Assembly (NCBI RefSeq): GCF_947568905.1
Contig: NC_079170.1
Location: forward strand, 65,224,001-65,288,000
Reading direction: 5' to 3'
DNA: 64,000 nt
Source of the DNA: Ostrea edulis
Lineage: Eukaryota
Shown here piece after piece: positions 60,801 through 64,000 of this stretch (position 1 is its first letter; every line of letters begins with the position of its first letter). Under the pieces are notes generated by a model. That model did not search any database and had not been told where the DNA came from. It worked only from the letters and a program-made list of their open reading frames with translations. The position numbers were made by a program, and so were the translations under genes.

Positions 60801-63563
60801 TTTCAAGATCAAACTTACATAGGTATTTTCCCTATTGGGACAAAACAATACAGATAAAACAAGGATAATCAAACTTCATCAAATATTCAGCCATTAGAAA
60901 CCAGTTTTTCATTGATATGTTATAGTGTTTCTGTCTGTTTATGAATTGGCACCTTAAAGGAAGGATAAAAAGTGTACTAAATAGGCTAATAGAACCTAAC
61001 CTGATAAAATTCTCCTTATGGTGAGAGGAAGATGCTAGTTATTTCTCAAGGTCAAGGTTATTCTCCACCCAACAAAAATGAAAGTAAGGTTAGGTTCATC
61101 AAACATGGTGTATATATTCTCCATGCTTTTGGTGCCTAGTATATTTTGAAGAGTAATAATTTTGCTTCTCAAATTATATTTTTTATTTGAGCGAAATCTT
61201 TCCTTGATTTGATACTGAACAAAGCCTTCTTGGAACTAACATTTTATTGATACTGTATACATGTACGGGATTATTTTCTCCCTGTGCTTTTTTTTCCCCT
61301 TCACCTTTCTACATGCCCCATTTTTAATTCGTCCAAACACATGATACATGGTATTGTGTATTTAAAAGAGAGATAACTCTGTCTTGGATGTATTTGCCCA
61401 TTGATGATTGATTGTTTATTTTGATATTTTCCACCACACTCAACAATTTTTCAGTTATCTGGTGGCACCCAGTTTTTGTTGGTGGAAGAGAGAACCCAGA
61501 TACAATGTACCTAAGAAGAGACCACCGACCTTCCGAAAGTGAACTGGTAAACTTTCTCACTTACCGGCGCGAGCGGGATTCGAACCTGCGCCGATCAGAG
61601 GCGAGAGGCCGTGTGATTTTGAGCACGATGCTCTAACCACTCGGCCACGGAGGCCCCCGCCCATTGATGAGAGCAAAAGTAAAATAGAAAAATTGGGACA
61701 AATATTTCCCTGTGAACAGTACTCTCCGATATCAGAGAAGGGATTGAAATAACATGGTCAGGGTCATTATGTGAGCAAGGAATGGTTTGTTTGGATATTA
61801 ATCTATGATCACTACAGCTTTACTGAATATATTAATCATTTCTATGATCACTACAGCTTTACTGAATATATTAATCATTTCTATGATCACTACAGCTTTA
61901 CTGAATATATTAATCATTTCTATGATCACTACAGCTTTACTGAATATATTAATCATTTCTATGATCACTACAGCTTTACTGAATATATTAATCATTTCTA
62001 TGATCACTACAGCTTTACTGAATATATTAATCATTTCTATGATCACTACAGCTTTACTGAATATATTAATCATTTCTATGATCACTACAGCTTTACTGAA
62101 TATATTAATCATTTCTATGATCACTACAGCTTTACTGAATATATTGGATGGGTGTATTTTGAACTGAGAGCATTGCCCTTGTTTAAAATAAACATACTGT
62201 ATTCTGTGCATAAATTTTATTGGTGGAAAATATTGGAGCAAAAATTCTAAAATTTTGTAATAAATTGAAGGTAAACAAGGCTTTATATGTCATATTCAAT
62301 TCAAATGAGGTTTGATTGTGTAATCCATGTAAAACTAGTATAATTACTCTTTTGAAATAATTGCTTTTCAGGCCCCCTAAACCAGACATACAGGGCTTAA
62401 TGGAGTCTGCTGAGAAACTATCTCAAGACCTTCAGAGACAACAGGAAATTCTCAGAGAAGTTAACAGAAATGTACGATTCGTTTATCATTTATGACACAT
62501 AAAAATTCAAAGTACATGTATATATTTCAAATCATCCACATAATGAATCACCAAACACATCTTTTATTTTTGGTAGCAAGTATATTTTATTATATCCGCC
62601 ATCATTGTTACTAGCCAGGGTTTCAGAGTCGGGTCATACCTACCTACTACTTCTCAGAACTACCAAGGAGTACCTACCTAATGTATCCCTCTCCTGCAGA
62701 TGGGGAGAGGTCTGAAATGTCAGAATAATAAAATCGGAGAGGGTTATATTATTGCATCTAGTTAGTACCTACCCTACCTCATTGACCTGAGTAGAAAGTT
62801 TTAAATGTTTCTTTCTGATCAAAATAGCTCATATTATCCAATAACATTTTCTACTACTTCTCAGAACTACCTAGCAATTTTCAAACAATGTTGCCACAAA
62901 GAATCCTTGGTCGGAGGGAGTTCAGTTTCTTCAGTTACAGGGTCATATCCATTTATCTTTAAAATAGTGAGAATAGAGTAGGGTGTATACTATTAAAAAA
63001 AAAACTTGCATGAAGCATCCATAGATTTAGGTTTCTTTAAACTATGACCCCTCGGGCCAGGCCGTGGTCTCCATAGTAGCAGAAGTTTAAACTTTGCACA
63101 AGAACATGTAGGAATTTTTTATTTTTTTTTTTTATCTCCAAATAAGGTGCATATACACTGCAAGCGAAATTATGCATTGTTTTCCACTGTTACTCATTTA
63201 AAATCAAACCTAAGTTACACGTTATCTAATCACTAGTGTATTAGACAAAGGGATTTTGTGTGAATTTTGTTTACTAAAAACCACACTCTTTAATAATTCT
63301 GTTTTCAGATGGATCGGTTGCTTGATGATGGTTTTACGACTTTTGTTTTCCAGTTTACATACGAGTCACTAGATCCATCTCGTGGAGAGGTTGTGAGCAA
63401 GACGATGAGTCTAGTGCTGTCCGAGTTGTCTCAGCTAGTGGTCGGTTTCACATACTGCTACGAAAATGAGATGAGTCACTGGTGTAACAAATCTCCACCC
63501 ATTCTAAATGAGTTAGGACCTGCCTTCAAGAGAGTGTACAATTCACTACAAAGTTTTGTCAAG
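46258..63563 (+). CDS. HAUS7: HAUS augmin-like complex subunit 7 homolog; 3' end probably beyond the window
   Basis: Phase-consistent exons 46258-46326, 47852-47958, 48649-48725, 55336-55397, 58409-58527, 60163-60333, 62372-62471, 63354-63563 (in-frame alternative acceptor at 63309). Translation: MALSSKRESKQKSLMLSFKERLDKLACPYTEGVDESWILEMIYKPGEPRIRLLQWLFSKFD..LGLCRYDDVDLIRGVTSGSRQDAFMEKLIDLV..FTYCYENEMSHWCNKSPPILNELGPAFKRVY. Recognised from memory as HAUS7-like; needs a search to confirm. Confidence 0.75.
48987..49326. repeat. Dispersed palindromic repeat (copy 2 of 5090-5440)
   Basis: Hairpin centred on aaaagtgcgatgcactttt with better-paired arms than copy 1. Confidence 0.78.
50395..50487. 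repeat. ~93-bp near-perfect palindrome (mini-MITE-like)
   Basis: cacaggggcttcttatccatatttgttctcaatctatat .. atatagattgagaacaaaatggataagaagcccctgtg. Confidence 0.85.
50683..51801 (+). mobile_element. Helentron/HINE-type element with ~6 x 146-bp satellite-like core repeats
   Basis: ttttatgcccccg..cggggggcata hairpin, tctg microsatellite, units starting near 50765, 50911, 51057, 51202, 51348 and 51492, and cacatcttgtt end. Confidence 0.88.
51878..53725. mobile_element. CAGG-terminated TIR element containing a nested HINE
   Basis: Termini caggctttcaagt / acttgaaagcctg; aaataaggg subterminal repeats at both ends; TSD degenerate (ctcct/catct). Confidence 0.65.
52054..53357 (-). mobile_element. 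Helentron/HINE-type element
   Basis: aacaagaggcccacaggcc end, degenerate core repeats (cccctacccc..gaaatttacaattttggta), terminal hairpin aggtcacctgagtttactcaggtgacct then aaaa. Confidence 0.8.
55387..56069 (+). repeat. ~27-bp minisatellite (~25 copies) built from the HAUS7 exon 4 splice donor
   Basis: Unit gatttattcagg|gtaagtctgtgttaa; the first copy is the exon end. Confidence 0.95.
56363..57814. repeat. 31-bp minisatellite (~46 copies) with higher-order structure
   Basis: Unit atgatttatcaggttacatggagggctatat; the same variant block recurs at 56607, 56974 and 57433. Confidence 0.96.
58505..59723 (+). repeat. 42-bp minisatellite (~15 copies) built from the HAUS7 exon 5 donor, split by a ~600-bp insertion
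   Basis: Unit ctgaggagtcccggagtggtcag|gtaaacagttacaccggtc; blocks 58505-58790 (~7 copies) and 59385-59723 (~8 copies). Confidence 0.93.
58790..59384. mobile_element. Non-autonomous element with a terminal ~120-bp palindrome (class uncertain, possibly Crypton-like)
   Basis: Interrupts the 42-bp array. tattatatagctaa / ttagctatataata inverted ends, followed by the hairpin gggttattgaacttat..gttggctgtcaaaatg..cattttgacagccaac..ataagttcaataaccc. Confidence 0.65.
59887..59990. repeat. 52-bp tandem duplication
   Basis: tgggatcagatgtataagctttgactttagtaaacacctctccttctgttca x2. Confidence 0.9.
61408..61658 (-). mobile_element. Full-length tRNA-derived SINE (second family) with a perfect 12-bp TSD
   Basis: The - strand head GGGGCCTCCGTGGCCGAGTGGTTAGAG..GGTTCGAATCCC carries A and B boxes; AATC tail; TSD gcccattgatga at 61396-61407 and 61659-61670. 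Confidence 0.92.
61802..62145. repeat. 39-bp minisatellite, ~9 identical copies
   Basis: Unit tctatgatcactacagctttactgaatatattaatcatt. Confidence 0.97.
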
Positions 63564-63647
63564 GTGGGAGCTCTCAATATGTTCACCACAATTTTCTCTG
63601 CATAATTCAAAAGACTATGATATTTGACTATGACATTTTAACTTGTC

Positions 63648-64000
63648 TTTTTATACCCCCCGCAACAAGTTGTGGGGGGGGTATACTGGAATCGGGTTGT
63701 CCGTCTGTCTGTCCGTCCGTCCGTCCGTCTGTAGACGCAATGGTTTCCGGGCTCTAAAGCATTATCCTTTTCACCTACCGTCACCATATCATACATATGG
63801 ACTACCCATGGGATGAAGATGTTCCCTATCGATTTTGGGGTCAAAAGGTCAAAGGTCAAGCGCACTGGACATCGAAGTAGCAATATGGTTTACAGGCTCT
63901 AAAGCGTTATCCTTTCCACCTACAGTCACCATATCATACATATGGACTACCCATGGGATGAAGATGTTCCCTATCGATTTTGGGGTCAAAAGGTCAAAGG
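63648..64000 (+). mobile_element. Helentron/HINE-type element, cut by the window edge
   Basis: tttttataccccc..gggggggtata hairpin, gtcc/gtct microsatellite, ~146-bp core repeats with tttggggtcaaaaggtcaaagg. Confidence 0.85.

Noticed and set aside
61580-61658. tRNA gene (also 43685-43755)
   Set aside because: The A/B-box heads continue into SINE bodies with AATC tails and TSDs, and no closed cloverleaf forms.
61771-62250. ORFs with repeated peptides (also 55686-56311, 56607-57615, 58418-58726, 59241-59783, 50925-51425, 10881-11108)
   Set aside because: These are translations of minisatellite or HINE units inside introns.

Overview
AT-rich, intron-containing animal DNA. The Helentron/HINE, tRNA-SINE and Penelope-like repeats point to an oyster or related bivalve (inference). 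Five protein-coding genes were reconstructed by hand from GT-AG sites and phase-consistent exons. (1, 2) A head-to-head pair of paralogous dynamin-like GTPase + protein kinase genes with ATGs at 9463 (-) and 9847 (+). The + copy (1005 aa) has an intact kinase. The - copy runs off the left edge and shows pseudokinase-like changes in the part that is visible. (3) A ~1601-aa SAMD9-family STAND NTPase (26793-32040). The usual SAM + AlbA_2 nuclease N-terminus is replaced by a Death domain, a RHIM-like motif on its own exon and a LOTUS/OST-HTH domain. This is the most striking feature. (4) A single-coding-exon LRR-Ig-transmembrane protein (40434-42368, -). (5) A HAUS7-like gene (46258 to beyond the right edge, +). 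Introns carry minisatellites (three amplify the exon's own 5' splice site), MITEs, SINEs with TSDs and a four-level nested transposon stack. No rRNA, true tRNA gene or CRISPR array was seen. All domain calls rest on motif recognition; no database search was run.
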